Under the pieces are notes generated by a model, which saw nothing but the letters and a program-made list of their open reading frames with translations, had not been told where the DNA came from and did no database searches. From assembly GCA_027531255.1 (NCBI GenBank), contig JAPZRU010000004.1, positions 44,381 to 108,380 of the forward strand: a stretch of DNA of 64,000 nucleotides. The letters are read 5' to 3'. The position numbers were made by a program, and so were the translations under genes. The first letter of the stretch is position 1. Each line of letters starts with the position of its first letter. This DNA is from Steroidobacteraceae bacterium. Its GTDB lineage: Bacteria > Pseudomonadota > Gammaproteobacteria > Steroidobacterales > Steroidobacteraceae. Of the stretch, positions 63,343-64,000 are shown one piece after another.

Positions 63343-64000
63343 GTGAACGCAGTCGTCTCCTCCGCGTCCGACTCGGACGAATCCACGCACTCCGCGAGCC
63401 GCATCGACGAACTCGCGCAGCCGACCCACGACGAGCTGGCCCGCCAGCAGTTCGTGTCCATGCTCCGCAAGCGCGTTATGGTCGACATGGCGGGCAAGAT
63501 GCGGCAGGTCTACGACGGCGAGGTGGAGCCCGCCTTCAGGGCCGAGAAGGGTCGGGCGCCCGCGGACGGCCGCGAGGTGCGCAGGGCGATGCTGCCGAAT
63601 CCGTACTTCAAGGCCTGGAGCGCGCTGCGCTACACGGCCCAGGAGATGACCTGGTGGTCCGTGCTTCCCCAGGTGGAGCGCAACCTGCCGAAGCTCGTCG
63701 CACGCGTGCAGCAGATCGGCCCGAGGAACAGGGTCGGCGGCACGCTCCGTCTCGACCCGGACGTCGAGATCCCGCGCGAGGTGTCCGAGCTCGACATCCA
63801 CCTGATGCCGGGCTGCTACCACACCGAGCACGGCGCGGACGACGTCGCGCAGGGCGCGCTCTACACCTACGGTACGTCGGTGTTCGGCAGCGGCCTCAAG
63901 CTCGCGACGTGGCGCGGCGGCGTCGCCGCGTCGATCGCTCGCTGGCTCGCGATCGCGCACCCCGAGCTCAGGCCCCTGAAGCTGCTCGATCTCGGCTGCA
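63343..64000 (+). CDS. class I SAM-dependent methyltransferase-like protein, N-terminal part (runs off window end)
   Basis: Own translation from GTG 63343 stays open to the window end with strong GC3 bias. It ends ...ELRPLKLLDLGC, which looks like the start of methyltransferase motif I (LDLGCGxG). Not in the ORF track because it has no stop. Confidence 0.45.
   Translation, partial: MNAVVSSASDSDESTHSASRIDELAQPTHDELARQQFVSMLRKRVMVDMAGKMRQVYDGEVEPAFRAEKGRAPADGREVRRAMLPNPYFKAWSALRYTAQEMTWWSVLPQVERNLPKLVARVQQIGPRNRVGGTLRLDPDVEIPREVSELDIHLMPGCYHTEHGADDVAQGALYTYGTSVFGSGLKLATWRGGVAASIARWLAIAHPELRPLKLLDLGC

Overview
Very GC-rich chromosomal window with strong GC3 codon bias. The gene order looks gammaproteobacterial: fabD-fabG-acpP-fabF-pabB-pabC-mltG-tmk-holB-pilZ, plus a gspG-N type II secretion block. 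I call about 55 protein-coding genes, 4 gene relics or pseudogenes, and several repeats and regulatory candidates. I recognised no rRNA, tRNA, CRISPR array, transposase or integrase. Layout: (1) 1-6.0 kb holds mtnP (partial), a dGTPase, and a HlyD/FtsX-permease/ATPase efflux operon. (2) 6-26.6 kb is an accessory-looking hydrolase and uptake region. It contains three amidohydrolase paralogs (one dead), three BAAT-type acyl-CoA thioesterase paralogs, an esterase, a TonB-dependent receptor, two glyoxalase-like proteins, a TetR regulator, and a five-gene operon (acyl-AMP ligase, PaaI thioesterase, Zn-ADH, VOC, alpha-oxoamine synthase). Truncated relics of thrC, ltaE and an AspC/TyrB aminotransferase punctuate this region. 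An AT-rich palindrome, TATACG-N2-CGTATA, recurs in three of its promoter regions and is a likely TetR operator. (3) 26.6-29.1 kb holds a YeiH-like transporter and a Tat-signal SDR. (4) 29.2-35.4 kb is a patch delimited by AT-rich troughs. It holds a Phd-like/zeta-toxin-like pair, about 1.1 kb of apparently non-coding DNA with a 45-bp tandem repeat, an orphan 268-aa protein, a nikR-DUF456 operon, a small orphan, a stand-alone TIR-like protein and an EEP nuclease/phosphatase. (5) 35.4-47.6 kb is housekeeping. (6) 47.6-53.8 kb has a rhombosortase divergent from gspGHIJKLMN, with no gspC/D/E/F nearby. (7) 53.8-64 kb has an AddA/AddB-type helicase-nuclease pair, an alanine aminotransferase, a CoA-transferase, a small orphan and a partial methyltransferase. 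Many long alternate-frame ORFs in the track are high-GC artefacts. All functional calls come from reading the translations by eye; no database search was run.
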